A stretch of 64,000 bases of DNA from a virus. The stretch is from positions 1 through 64,000 of the IMG/VR virus record IMGVR_UViG_3300046004_000818; one strand, given 5' to 3'. Shown here piece after piece: positions 45,837 through 55,801 of this stretch (positions are counted from its first letter, which is position 1; every line of letters begins with the position of its first letter). Position numbers and translations under genes: made by a program. Under the pieces are notes generated by a model. That model ran no database searches. It was not told the DNA's origin and saw nothing but the letters and a program-made list of their open reading frames with translations.

Positions 45837-48800
45837 TTATTCCTTAGTAAGTTCTTTCAATCCACCATCAATAGCTTCCTTAGTAGGAAAGCTGCCTATC
45901 TCAATCTGCACACCAAATGAAGGTCCAAAAGATATGCTAGACTCTACAGGTACAGTCATATCGGCATACTGTTCAACCATGCACTGATGCATAGCAGGGA
46001 TGAACTTATACAGATCATCTATAGTGCAGCTAGCTACTACTTCATCGTGCACAGGGCCGATGATTTCGCAATCAAACAACTGCTCCAACCTAGCCTTGAA
46101 CATACGGCCTTCTGCCAGCTTGGTCATCTCTGCACAGCTACCTTGAATCTTCGTGTTCACAGCTTGACGCTCAGCCTTGCTGTTCTCATAACGATCCCGA
46201 GAAGTCAGTGCAGGTTGTAAGTGGCGAACTGCACCGAGCTTAGTACGGACATAGCCGATACGCTTGGCCTCTGCAATGACCTCTTCCTTCCACTCAGCCA
46301 CTTCTGGAAAGGCAGCTTCCTTGGCGTCGATGTAAGCCTGAGCAGCATCTTCCGAGATAAGCATTGTTGCAGCTAGCTTCGGAGCCATAGCCCCGTATTC
46401 CACAGTGAAGTTAACCTTCTTACCTAACGTACGATAACCTTTGACTGACTTGTACATCGGAGATGTATGGTCAGCTAGCAACTGTGCAAACAGTTCGTAG
46501 GTCCACTCAATCGCAGGTTCTTCCCGCATGGCGATACCAAGACCTGTCAGGCAGTGCATATCCTTGAGGTTGTCACCAACAAAACAGTCCAGCATATTCT
46601 GGTCACGGCTGTAGTCAGCAATCACACGCAATTCCTGAGCAGCAAAGTCCATAGAGATTACTACTGCGTTCTTCTTGTGCGGTATGATGACCTCACGGAA
46701 CCTAGCTGCCTGACCCTCTATCTTAGGATGCTTAGGCATCTGTTGCATGTTCGGTGCATTGGAACTAGCACGGCGAGTGTTAGTGGCACACTGGTTATGC
46801 GAACTGTGGATACGGCCTGTCTTCCAGTGCACAAAGTAGGGGTAGGTCTTATAGTATAGACCACGCCGTGTCTCTACCATCTTCATCAGTTTCAAGGCGT
46901 TGAGTACAGGCTTCTGCTCTGGTGTAGCGTCTTGTGCTTCAGCATAGGCAAAGGCCAGTGCATCAGTCTTTGGTGACCCTTGAGTAGCTCCAGCTTTTCT
47001 AGCGAGAGGCGTAGGCTTGTTATAGACCCGAATAGGTAGACCCATAGTCTCATACATCAGACCCTGCATCTGCTTGGGGCTACCCGTATTGAAGATAGGC
47101 TTGGCAGACCAGAAACTACCTACATAGTTTGTAAGAGCTTCCCAGTTACCACTGGACACAAGCTCTGCCAATACTGGCCCACCCTGCTCTCGCATAGCCT
47201 CTGCCAGCCGATCCAGCTTGCGTACTGCTGTCTCCAAGGGTTTCTTGTAGACAATCTCAAAGGCTTCCTTCAACTGTGCTGGTGTCACCTCTGCTGTATA
47301 CACAGGCTTAACAGTACCAGCCCAACCCTTGCTAACAAGGTAGTCATTGAAGATTGCCTCTGCATTGTTGTAGGTCTGGTCATCTATGGCCTCCAACTCT
47401 TTGGACTTAGCTACGTCACACTTAGTCCCGTGGATGAAGGACTGTACGTGACCATACATAGCGTCTATCTCTACATCAAGGTAGACTTTCCAATGGTGTT
47501 CAAGCTGCATATGCAGCTTAGCAAAGTTGTGGAAGGAGACTGTGCAGATAGTGTCATCGCAACCGTAGTCCTTGACATGAGCGCCTGTCAGTTCCCGCAT
47601 CTTGTACTGCACACCGTCGATGGTAGTAACAGTTTTGTAATCTACTTGGTCGTAGTTGAACCAACGTTTTGAGAGTTTCTTGAGTCCTCGGCTTTCATTT
47701 TCATCAACATAAGACGCCTCAAGGATAGTATCAAGCACGTTCGGTAACAAGCCTTCAGAACCATTGTCTTCCCAACCCTTCGACCACCCGTTATATAGTA
47801 CAGTACCTTCGAAGGAGAAGTTGTGGATGATGAACTGTGTACCGGCATCTGCTAACTCCTTGATGAAAGCTTTTAGGTCTTCACTGGATACATTGTCGGT
47901 AGCTGTATGATCTACCGAGATATAGGCAGTGTGCTGCAGATTACGCCCATAGGTCAAGGACATACCTGTAAGCTCTGAACCGATCACATCAACACCAGCA
48001 CCCTCTTCCTTACCTTGTGCTTGCAGCCACTCATCTGACTCATCTGGTGTAGATGTTTCAATGTCTAGGCCCACATACTCGCTGACCCCTATTAGCGGCC
48101 TAGCTTTTTGTTTGAAGGCTTCCCAGTTAGAAGCAGTAATCAGTTTGGCTGTGTAGTTCCAGTGAGCTAGACGCTCATCCTTCACCTCGCCACGGATCAA
48201 GCCCGGTGTAAATTGCAGAGGATTCTGCAATGTGTTGACCCACTCAGGGTAGATTCGAGCCAGTTTGTAGGACAGCAGGAAGTCTTCACGACCTTTGTAG
48301 ATTTTGTCTACCATCTTGTTGTCTAGCTCTGGTATCAGATCATCAAGGCTACCGATCCTAGCCATACGGTCTAGCTCTGCCATACCATCTACACCAAACT
48401 CCTTGTAGAAGTCAGGCCACGCCTTGTCAACTCCAAACTGCTTGATGCCTGTAATACTGTCACTAGTGTCACCGACCAGAGCTTTGTAAACAGTTACAAA
48501 GCGTGTAGGGAAATCACCATACTTGTTCTCACCCTTGACACCGTTAATCAGAACAGTTATCTCAGCACCGTAAGCATTGGTGCCGTTGAGTACTGTCATG
48601 TCTCCGTCGTTAGTAGAGATAAACAAATCTTCCTCAGAGTTGACAGCCAGATAACCAAGTATATCGTCACCTTCTACGCTATCTTGTGTAACGGAACAGG
48701 CACCGAGCGACCCGAAAACCTGCTGCAAGCGGTCACGAAGGGCTTGAAATTCAATGTAGGCATCGACAGCCCTATTGCCCCGTTTGGCCTTGTAGGTGGA

Positions 48801-49040
48801 CGATATGGCAAGCCTTGGAGCCTTTGACTCCATACCCTCAAAGACCATGATCATATCCTTGGGCTGCAAGTTGCAGTTGCGGAGAGTGGCTACCACATGG
48901 TTAACAGCATTCTCATAACCATAAGCTGCTGTATTAACCTGTATCAACCGTCCGTTGTGTGGAATCTTACTGCCTTCTACGTCTATACCCACCGATAGGC
49001 AGGTCCAGATCACTGATGACATATCAAATGCGATTCTCAT
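45837..49040 (-). CDS. polA: Family A DNA polymerase with N-terminal 5'-3' exonuclease and 3'-5' exonuclease domains
   Basis: EGDD, NDGD, GDTSD (5' nuclease); DIET, HN, YGCDD (proofreading); PNMQQ, DFAAQELR, KKVNF..YG, IQGS, VHDE. Confidence 0.93.
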   Translation of the reverse strand: MRIAFDMSSVIWTCLSVGIDVEGSKIPHNGRLIQVNTAAYGYENAVNHVVATLRNCNLQPKDMIMVFEGMESKAPRLAISSTYKAKRGNRAVDAYIEFQALRDRLQQVFGSLGACSVTQDSVEGDDILGYLAVNSEEDLFISTNDGDMTVLNGTNAYGAEITVLINGVKGENKYGDFPTRFVTVYKALVGDTSDSITGIKQFGVDKAWPDFYKEFGVDGMAELDRMARIGSLDDLIPELDNKMVDKIYKGREDFLLSYKLARIYPEWVNTLQNPLQFTPGLIRGEVKDERLAHWNYTAKLITASNWEAFKQKARPLIGVSEYVGLDIETSTPDESDEWLQAQGKEEGAGVDVIGSELTGMSLTYGRNLQHTAYISVDHTATDNVSSEDLKAFIKELADAGTQFIIHNFSFEGTVLYNGWSKGWEDNGSEGLLPNVLDTILEASYVDENESRGLKKLSKRWFNYDQVDYKTVTTIDGVQYKMRELTGAHVKDYGCDDTICTVSFHNFAKLHMQLEHHWKVYLDVEIDAMYGHVQSFIHGTKCDVAKSKELEAIDDQTYNNAEAIFNDYLVSKGWAGTVKPVYTAEVTPAQLKEAFEIVYKKPLETAVRKLDRLAEAMREQGGPVLAELVSSGNWEALTNYVGSFWSAKPIFNTGSPKQMQGLMYETMGLPIRVYNKPTPLARKAGATQGSPKTDALAFAYAEAQDATPEQKPVLNALKLMKMVETRRGLYYKTYPYFVHWKTGRIHSSHNQCATNTRRASSNAPNMQQMPKHPKIEGQAARFREVIIPHKKNAVVISMDFAAQELRVIADYSRDQNMLDCFVGDNLKDMHCLTGLGIAMREEPAIEWTYELFAQLLADHTSPMYKSVKGYRTLGKKVNFTVEYGAMAPKLAATMLISEDAAQAYIDAKEAAFPEVAEWKEEVIAEAKRIGYVRTKLGAVRHLQPALTSRDRYENSKAERQAVNTKIQGSCAEMTKLAEGRMFKARLEQLFDCEIIGPVHDEVVASCTIDDLYKFIPAMHQCMVEQYADMTVPVESSISFGPSFGVQIEIGSFPTKEAIDGGLKELTKE

Positions 49041-49057
49041 TTTCTTCCTTAGATGTT

Positions 49058-49080
49058 AAAGAAGCCCTCCGAAGAGGGCT
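49058..49080 (-). terminator. Intrinsic terminator with C(UUCG)G loop
   Basis: Minus strand AGCCCTC-TTCG-GAGGGCT-TCTTT. Confidence 0.7.
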
Positions 49081-49084
49081 GTAC

Positions 49085-49330
49085 TTAGTATTTCGGAGCC
49101 TGCTTGTCTGGGCCGGGGGTACTGGAGTTGTCCAACTCCATTGGAGCGATGGTAGGTACTGTCTCTAGACGTTGCTCATCAAACCAGTTGGCATCCCGCA
49201 GCTTCCCCTCCTTATCCACTGTTGGATTTAGCAATACCTGATGGCAACCTGTTAGGTACTCCACTCGACCTGTGGCCATGCCCTCAAAGCCTGTAACCTT
49301 ATCTTTGTATGTCCAGCCTAATGTGATCAT
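49085..49330 (-). CDS. Conserved phage hypothetical protein
   Basis: KDKVTGFEG..YLTGC..WFDEQRL; AGGAG RBS. Confidence 0.6.
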   Translation of the reverse strand: MITLGWTYKDKVTGFEGMATGRVEYLTGCHQVLLNPTVDKEGKLRDANWFDEQRLETVPTIAPMELDNSSTPGPDKQAPKY

Positions 49331-49341
49331 AATAACTCCTA

Positions 49342-49566
49342 TTATTCAAACGGGTTGACTTGCTGCTCTTGCCCGAAGTAGACAGCTTGCCCAATCACAA
49401 TGATAACTAGGCATATACCTGCTACTACGTCTGCCCACAAAGGCAGACGGAAGACCTGACTATACAGCACATATAACAAGGTCATATTCAGACCTGACAA
49501 ACGTGTGGGTAGTGCCTTGTGTGACACTACCTGACGCTTCTTCTCAACTGGTTTGTTGATTTGCAT
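49342..49566 (-). CDS. Small membrane protein
   Basis: Two hydrophobic segments. Confidence 0.5.
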   Translation of the reverse strand: MQINKPVEKKRQVVSHKALPTRLSGLNMTLLYVLYSQVFRLPLWADVVAGICLVIIVIGQAVYFGQEQQVNPFE

Positions 49567-50092
49567 TTTTAGTATCCTCTATGGTAAAGTGCCTAGGAAC
49601 TGGATGATCCTTATACAGTACTCGCATATGCTGCATCTGCGCTTGCACATCCTTATAGGCACTACGGATAGAGTAGCTAGGTGGACGATCATCCACTAGT
49701 ACTCCCATTTCTGTGGCCTCTAGGAGAATACTGCAACACGCCATAATGTTACCAAGGTGGTGTGTTCCATCCACAGGATCGTGACTCTCGCCACTGACGT
49801 AGGCATCTATATGCCGACCCATAGCAGAGACATAGATGGAAGCCCTTGCACCAGCATCACGCCAATTCCAAGCACCATACTTTACTTGCCCACAGAACTG
49901 TGCAGAAGCCCAATGAGCCTTGGCAATGGGTGATAACAACCACAAAGGTACTTTGTCACCAGCTATAGCGTCCTTGGGGTTAGTTGGTTTGATAGTAGCA
50001 CCAATAGGTGCTGTACCAGCAGCTTGAGCCAAGCCCATAGCTGCCCTACCTGTATCAGAGGTTCTGTCTGCCATAGTTTGACATTTACTCAT
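49544..50092 (-). CDS. dATP/dGTP diphosphohydrolase (DUF5664) domain protein
   Basis: NPKDAI..K, GQVKYGAWNWR, AMGRH, GESHDP..HHLG, DDRP. Confidence 0.82.
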   Translation of the reverse strand: MSKCQTMADRTSDTGRAAMGLAQAAGTAPIGATIKPTNPKDAIAGDKVPLWLLSPIAKAHWASAQFCGQVKYGAWNWRDAGARASIYVSAMGRHIDAYVSGESHDPVDGTHHLGNIMACCSILLEATEMGVLVDDRPPSYSIRSAYKDVQAQMQHMRVLYKDHPVPRHFTIEDTKNANQQTS

Positions 50093-50526
50093 ACACCTGT
50101 ACTCCCAAAGCCGCTAGTACCTCTGGCAGTATTGCCCAACTCATCTGATTCTTCCAACTCATACTGTGGAAGCTGCACTATCATGGCCTGAGCCACCCGC
50201 TCACCATTGCCGATGAAGAACGGAAGATCACCTTCGTTAATGAGCTTGACCATAACCTCACCACGGTAGTCAGAGTCAATGACTCCTGTGCAGTTAGCAA
50301 GACGTACACCTGACTTGAATCCATGCCCACTACGGCTATACACCATCATGACATGGCCTTCTGGTACCTCAAAGGCTAAGCCTGTAGCCACTATCTTAGC
50401 TTCTCGCGGTGCGATGCAGATCGGCGCACCTCTCACAAGGCTTACCAGATCAAAGCAAGCTGCACCGTCTGAGGCAAACCGTGGCGCAGAAGCACCCTCT
50501 TCTAGCTTCTTATACTTGAGTCTCAT
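50089..50526 (-). CDS. dut: Trimeric dUTPase
   Basis: AACFDL, SRSG, GVIDSDYRGE, RVAQ, RGTSGFGSTG. Confidence 0.96.
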   Translation of the reverse strand: MRLKYKKLEEGASAPRFASDGAACFDLVSLVRGAPICIAPREAKIVATGLAFEVPEGHVMMVYSRSGHGFKSGVRLANCTGVIDSDYRGEVMVKLINEGDLPFFIGNGERVAQAMIVQLPQYELEESDELGNTARGTSGFGSTGV

Positions 50527-51179
50527 ACTAACCTCATCTTTTCTAGTGAATATTTAATATCTTTATGCCAGTCTGGTTGTTCCATCATCCAGCGTCTATA
50601 GCCGACAGGTATATCAGCAAATAACTTTCCTTTGTGCATACCGAAAGGCATACGCTGAATCATCTTTGGTTTGCTTTCAAGCTCTACCAAGGCTGGTAAG
50701 GTTCGACCAGATAGCTTCAAGATCAGTTGTAGCAACTCATAGGTAGTGCGACAGTCACCCATCGCGCTATGTGATTGCTGCTTAGATAGCTTTAACTCCT
50801 GCTGGAGTGTGGCTAACTTGTGATTGGTTGTACCCTTGATCCAAGCCCTTGAAAGAGCTAAGGTACATACGTCAGCATTGAAAACTACGTGTTCACCTGT
50901 AACCCGCATATCATAGGAACAGTTGTGACCAATCCATACAAATGGTTGGGGGACCAACGCACATATCTCAGCATTGCTAGGTAGACCTGCAACAGCTTCG
51001 TTGGTAATACCGTGAATGTCAACAGCGCCTTGTTCCATAGGCATCTGAGGGTCTGTGCGATGGACTTGCTCATCCAAGATGTTCATGTTCTCATCTACCT
51101 GTATCCATGCAATCTCACAGGCTTTGATAGGTGAACGGAGTCCCGATGTTTCGGTATCAAGAATTATATAGTTTGTCAT
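50523..51179 (-). CDS. DEDDh 3'-5' exonuclease (ExoX-like)
   Basis: DTETSG, HGIT, GHNCSYD, HSAMGD; C-terminal MPFGMHKG..IP..Y..W. Confidence 0.88.
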   Translation of the reverse strand: MTNYIILDTETSGLRSPIKACEIAWIQVDENMNILDEQVHRTDPQMPMEQGAVDIHGITNEAVAGLPSNAEICALVPQPFVWIGHNCSYDMRVTGEHVVFNADVCTLALSRAWIKGTTNHKLATLQQELKLSKQQSHSAMGDCRTTYELLQLILKLSGRTLPALVELESKPKMIQRMPFGMHKGKLFADIPVGYRRWMMEQPDWHKDIKYSLEKMRLV

Positions 51180-51673
51180 GTTCTAGCAAATGTTCCGTAG
51201 TTTAGTTTAGCAGCTTCATCATAGGCAGTTTTAGCTGCCTCAATGGAGTCATAAGTGCCTAGGCTCTTGGACTTGGAGTTTAAGGTTATCTTTGCCTCCC
51301 ATCTACCCAAAGCTTTCGCTGGATATACGCCCTTGACGCCTGACTTACTATGCTTCCAACCCACACCATTGCGGTTATTTTCGGCTCTGCTGGCTTCTCT
51401 CAGATTCAGCCAAGCATTATCACTACGGTTACCGTTTGCATGGTCTAAAGTTTCTCTAGGCCACTCTCCAGTAACTAAACACCAGATAAGTCTATGAACT
51501 AAATAACTCTTGCCATCAACAGATACTGAATAGTACCCTGCATTGTGTGTGCTATGTGCAAGTTTCCCACCTACAGCATTATACTGTTTAGTATAGTTAC
51601 GTCTAAGGCCTCCTTCAACTATACTATAGTTGAAGAGTTCCAAAAGCCTAACCTGTGTAGGTGGGTTGCTCAT
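51176..51673 (-). CDS. HNH homing endonuclease with AP2-like domain
   Basis: YLVHRLIW, LDHANGNRSDNAWLNLR, SGVKGV, LGTYD. Confidence 0.92.
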   Translation of the reverse strand: MSNPPTQVRLLELFNYSIVEGGLRRNYTKQYNAVGGKLAHSTHNAGYYSVSVDGKSYLVHRLIWCLVTGEWPRETLDHANGNRSDNAWLNLREASRAENNRNGVGWKHSKSGVKGVYPAKALGRWEAKITLNSKSKSLGTYDSIEAAKTAYDEAAKLNYGTFART

Positions 51674-51684
51674 AACAGCATCAC

Positions 51685-52344
51685 TTAGTCAGCTTTGGGT
51701 AGATCATCCGAGAAATCATCCTCGGCCCTAGATGTACCGCCCAAGCTCTGACCACGATCCCAGAACAGGACATTGCCCAGACCAAAGCTAACACCACGCT
51801 TACCAGAGAAGTCGTAGCCATAGGCATTCAGGCTCACCTTGAAGTAGTCACCTGAACCGCACTCGGCTGGATCAATGATTTCGTTGCTATCGCGGTCCAA
51901 GATTTTCGGCTTGAACTTTGAGGCAACAGCCATAACCCAATGGCCTTTGCACTCTTCCCCAAACTCTTCCCCATTGCTAGGGCGGGGCAGATCACCATCA
52001 TGCAGAGTGGTGTCGATCTTGGCGGGACGCTTGCCGGGGAACTTGAGATTGATAGCAGTCTCACGGGCTGCTTCGATCTTAGCGAGGGTAGCTTTGTCAT
52101 CCTTGGGAATCAGGATGGTCATGCCGAACTTAGGAGTATCGCCTTCCTTAGCGTTCTTCGGCAGTTCAGCCTTGAACAACTTGCAGTAAGAACCGCGAAT
52201 AACACCTGTTACGACTTTAGTGGAGGGAGTATTAGTAGCCATTTTATTTCCTTGAATTGCCTTAGTTACCTGAGAAGCGGGTTGAGTTTTAGAATATGTG
52301 GCGTCTTCCACATCTTCAAATTTAGGTGCATTTAATAGACCCAT
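51685..52344 (-). CDS. Single-stranded DNA-binding protein (DUF2815-like)
   Basis: KF.MTILIPKDD, LHDGD, SG.YFKVSLNAYGY..GVSFGLGNV, acidic tail AEDDF. Confidence 0.85.
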   Translation of the reverse strand: MGLLNAPKFEDVEDATYSKTQPASQVTKAIQGNKMATNTPSTKVVTGVIRGSYCKLFKAELPKNAKEGDTPKFGMTILIPKDDKATLAKIEAARETAINLKFPGKRPAKIDTTLHDGDLPRPSNGEEFGEECKGHWVMAVASKFKPKILDRDSNEIIDPAECGSGDYFKVSLNAYGYDFSGKRGVSFGLGNVLFWDRGQSLGGTSRAEDDFSDDLPKAD

Positions 52345-52450
52345 AGTAGTTCCTTTATTACCTAGATTACCTTATGTCGTTCTATTCCGACTGTCAACTT
52401 AGCAGAGTGCTAAGATTTTATTGTAGCAGACTTTTGCAAATCTGACACAA

Positions 52451-52750
52451 TTATTTCTTGAATGCAGCGATGCGCTCACCTAGCACTTCGGTATATTTGT
52501 CCATGTAGCCTTTCTGCAACAGAAGCCGTGCCTGTTCATCTACACTTAATGCAGCAAACACAGGGCTAACCATTATGAACTCTGCCAAGGCGTCAATCTT
52601 TTTATCCAACTCTTCCTTCTCTATTACAACACGCACTTGATGTGGCTGTAGTGTCGAAGGCTTAGGGCATGGCCCACTGTAGCCGTGAAATTTAAACATA
52701 GACTCAAGCTCAGGCATTGGCTCTCCACATATCTCACAATTATGTACCAT
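52451..52750 (-). CDS. crAss001_48-related helical hairpin protein with N-terminal Cys/His motif
   Basis: QPHQVRVVIEKEELDKKI..L..Q...M..Y..VLGERI; CEICG..H..C. Confidence 0.6.
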   Translation of the reverse strand: MVHNCEICGEPMPELESMFKFHGYSGPCPKPSTLQPHQVRVVIEKEELDKKIDALAEFIMVSPVFAALSVDEQARLLLQKGYMDKYTEVLGERIAAFKK

Positions 52751-52763
52751 AGTCTCTCCTTAG

Positions 52764-55625
52764 TTACTTTAGTTGAAACGCATAAACACCATTCCGTTGC
52801 ATAGCGTCGTAATCTAACAACAACGACTCCTGTCTCACCTGTGTTGTCCCCTGCTCACCCATTATGTATAGAGGACTATCCTTCATAGCCTGAACGAAAC
52901 TAGCATCACCCATAAACAAGGGCAACACATTGATGTTACGGCAATGCAGCCTGTACTTGTTGTACGCAAGCCTACCAATGATGTTCAGCACAGCTTTACC
53001 GCCCATGTCCTTAACCTCAAAGTCAACATGGTTGTTGAGCCTACATGGGTGATCTGCTGCGAACCGTGACATATCAGACAACATTTCAAAGACCTTGATA
53101 AACTCTGGTACAGAATTCTTAACGATCTTATCCATTTCGGTATAGATATGTGGTATCAGTCCCAAGACCTTCTCTGCCAAACTATCTTCAGCCTTGGGTA
53201 GAAATAGAGCTACCACTTCAGCAAACTTAATTAGACCAAACTCAGTCACAGCATAGTTGAATATAGAACGCTCATTCATGTTCTGTTTAATGAACAAGGT
53301 GTTAGCGTCACAAGTTTCTAAGCTATCCTCTGGTTGGATACTAAGCGCCTTAGTTACCCTGTCCAGTATAGGTTGGAACTCAGCATTGAAACTCTCAATG
53401 GTTGTCTGGCTCACAATGCTAGCTGCTAAGTGCTGACCAATGATAGCAAGGCACTTTACATTGGCTTGAAACTTATCCCATGATGGTTTCGTCCGTCCTG
53501 CCAGTCGCCCATTCTGGCGTTTAAGGGTCACCAAAACAGTTCGGTGCAGAATGGCACCCTCTGTCTCCATCGCTTCGGCTAGGAAGGCTGTAGGCCCGGT
53601 CAGATCGACTTGGCTCAAGCCCTTGAAAGACGGTGTGGCGCGGTTGCCGCCGCCGCGAGAAACTGCATGACCGTTATAGCTTGAACGGAAGTAGCTACGC
53701 ATATCTTCTAACTTTTGCTGGCTCATTGTATGAGGCTTGTACTCATCAATGATAACAGGAATAGAAGCACTACCTGACATGATAGAGGTAATAGCAAAGT
53801 TACTGGAACTAGCAGTTGTTACTACAGGTTTTTGGTTCAGATAGAACATATGCAACATGGACTCTAGCATACGACTCTTACCTGTACCTGCTGGCCCTGC
53901 CACATGAAGCAGTGGAAACTGGTTATGTTCCAGTCGGAACAGTTGGGTGTAGAAAGAAGCGGTAATCCACCCAATTATCTTAGCCAGTGATGGCGCTTCT
54001 TGACAACCCAACAAGCCTTCAAGCATAGACTGCATACGTTCTACGTTACCGGGGTCCAATGCTACAAACTTAGGCCATGACGGTGCATTAGCTAAGTCGG
54101 TCTTGAGTAGTGGCGCTGGTCCTGGGTCTGGAGCCAACTCTACCCGTAGCCCTAGATCATACAGATGCTTGGGAATACGGACTTCATTAGCATCTGCCCA
54201 AACTAAAAAAGGCTTACGAGCTTCCACTATATTAGACTGCGGCATACATAGTACATCAAGACCCTCTGAGGTTGTGGCATAGCTAGTAGCTGTACCTAGT
54301 TTAATCTCTTTAAGCATATGTGTGTAGATATAACGTGAGTGTATATCGCTCCCTGTGAATGAAACACCTCGGTCATTGATCGCCTTATGTAGTGCGCTAT
54401 TGCTAGCGAATGAGTCACGTTCCAGCTTGATAGCAGATGACCGATTGCCTGTAACAATAGTGGCTTTGATAACTGCAATAGCCTCTGTCTCAGGGTCCAA
54501 CAACGCTGACACGTTCTTGAAACACGCATCCATTATGTGACGGTCACCCTGCTCAGTAGCAGCATAGTAGTTATTGTTCTTGATAAAAATACCACTGGTA
54601 TCTTCTGTAGTGAACTCTTCTTGGTCATCATCTTCGCTGAACTCATTGCGAGTCTCAAGCATAGACTGGATAGGTCCAATAGCATAGTCGTACCCTACAC
54701 CATCCTCAAGATAGTTGTACATCCTGCGTAGCTCATGCTCACGCTTGCCAGCAGAGTTGTACCTATAGCCATCTCCTGTGTGGTTCTCAATAAGACCTTG
54801 ACATTGTGCTATTAGTTCGTCTTCTGATAACTTCGCTTCTAGCGCATAGATACCAAGCTGAATGGCTATCTTGTTGAAACCTATACCTTCTTTGACATTC
54901 TCCCCCTTCATCAATTGCTTGATGATTGGTAGATGCCTACGCAAGGTAGCAGCATCTACAGGCTTAGTTCTGATCTTCTTCAAGGCCCGTAGCTTCTGTT
55001 CAATACCTGCATAGAGGATAGCGAACTGAGGCCTGAAGGTCGGAGTAGCCGTTATCAACGGTCGTGGAGTCTTGCACAACTCTGCGTAGCTCTCAGGTGT
55101 CAGTGCAGCTAGCTCTGCTGGTGTGATCTGAACCTTATAGTTGGAATTGTCTCTGACATTGTAATGTGTGCGAAACATGCGCCCCTTACGAGCACTGTAT
55201 ACGGCAAAGTCCAAGGTGGGTACTGCTAATTTAAATGCCAGTTCCTTGTAGATAGCTGGTAACTTATTAACTGCTGCTACCTTCTCCATGAATACTACTG
55301 GTGGCACCAGTATATGCAAGCCCTTCTTGCCAGACAGGAAGATTTCCATATCTGAGTCTTGCAGATCATACTTCTTCAACTTAACTACAAGTGACTTCGC
55401 GCCTTCTATAGACTCTTCTAGCTCTGTGGAGTCTAGGTCGAAGTATAACGGCCCCAAATACTTGGCCCCCTCTACCATTGGCTTTGGTGAGTCCTTAGCC
55501 AACAAGGTGTCGCAAGCTAGTACAGTTATGAACGTAGGCTTTAACTTGTCAAAGTCAATAGTATCGTGGCATGTTACCCAATCTTCTGTGCCACCAACTA
55601 GCTGGTAGCTTCTATAGAGAGTCAT
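52764..55625 (-). CDS. Primase-helicase (AEP-type primase plus P-loop domain)
   Basis: LYFDLD and SGKKGLH (AEP motifs); GPAGTGKS and IIDEY. Confidence 0.8.
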   Translation of the reverse strand: MTLYRSYQLVGGTEDWVTCHDTIDFDKLKPTFITVLACDTLLAKDSPKPMVEGAKYLGPLYFDLDSTELEESIEGAKSLVVKLKKYDLQDSDMEIFLSGKKGLHILVPPVVFMEKVAAVNKLPAIYKELAFKLAVPTLDFAVYSARKGRMFRTHYNVRDNSNYKVQITPAELAALTPESYAELCKTPRPLITATPTFRPQFAILYAGIEQKLRALKKIRTKPVDAATLRRHLPIIKQLMKGENVKEGIGFNKIAIQLGIYALEAKLSEDELIAQCQGLIENHTGDGYRYNSAGKREHELRRMYNYLEDGVGYDYAIGPIQSMLETRNEFSEDDDQEEFTTEDTSGIFIKNNNYYAATEQGDRHIMDACFKNVSALLDPETEAIAVIKATIVTGNRSSAIKLERDSFASNSALHKAINDRGVSFTGSDIHSRYIYTHMLKEIKLGTATSYATTSEGLDVLCMPQSNIVEARKPFLVWADANEVRIPKHLYDLGLRVELAPDPGPAPLLKTDLANAPSWPKFVALDPGNVERMQSMLEGLLGCQEAPSLAKIIGWITASFYTQLFRLEHNQFPLLHVAGPAGTGKSRMLESMLHMFYLNQKPVVTTASSSNFAITSIMSGSASIPVIIDEYKPHTMSQQKLEDMRSYFRSSYNGHAVSRGGGNRATPSFKGLSQVDLTGPTAFLAEAMETEGAILHRTVLVTLKRQNGRLAGRTKPSWDKFQANVKCLAIIGQHLAASIVSQTTIESFNAEFQPILDRVTKALSIQPEDSLETCDANTLFIKQNMNERSIFNYAVTEFGLIKFAEVVALFLPKAEDSLAEKVLGLIPHIYTEMDKIVKNSVPEFIKVFEMLSDMSRFAADHPCRLNNHVDFEVKDMGGKAVLNIIGRLAYNKYRLHCRNINVLPLFMGDASFVQAMKDSPLYIMGEQGTTQVRQESLLLDYDAMQRNGVYAFQLK

Positions 55626-55641
55626 CTGCTTCTTTCTTATT

Positions 55642-55801
55642 AGCGTAGCTTACTGTTAGAAGAACCCCATTTTCGGTGAAAGTTACCGGACAACCCAAGA
55701 ACCTGACGGTTTGAGATTACGGCTCGAAAATGGGGTTCATCTAACAGCAAGCAAACGCTTGCGGGGTTGTCGGAATGCGCCTTTCACAGCGGGTGTAATC
55801 T
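55642..55801 (-). ncRNA. Candidate structured cis-regulatory RNA upstream of the primase gene
   Basis: About 34-bp imperfect stem (55642-55675 with 55725-55759); three loop segments are complementary to 55764-55801. Confidence 0.55.

Noticed and set aside
45837-49040. Intein or intron in the long DNA polymerase
   Set aside because: Length is explained by the 5'-3' exonuclease fusion; no intein splice motifs or LAGLIDADG seen and the frame is continuous
49544-50092. Z-genome (2-aminoadenine) biosynthesis system
   Set aside because: No PurZ/PurA-like or HD-domain dATPase gene seen in the window; DUF5664 alone is insufficient
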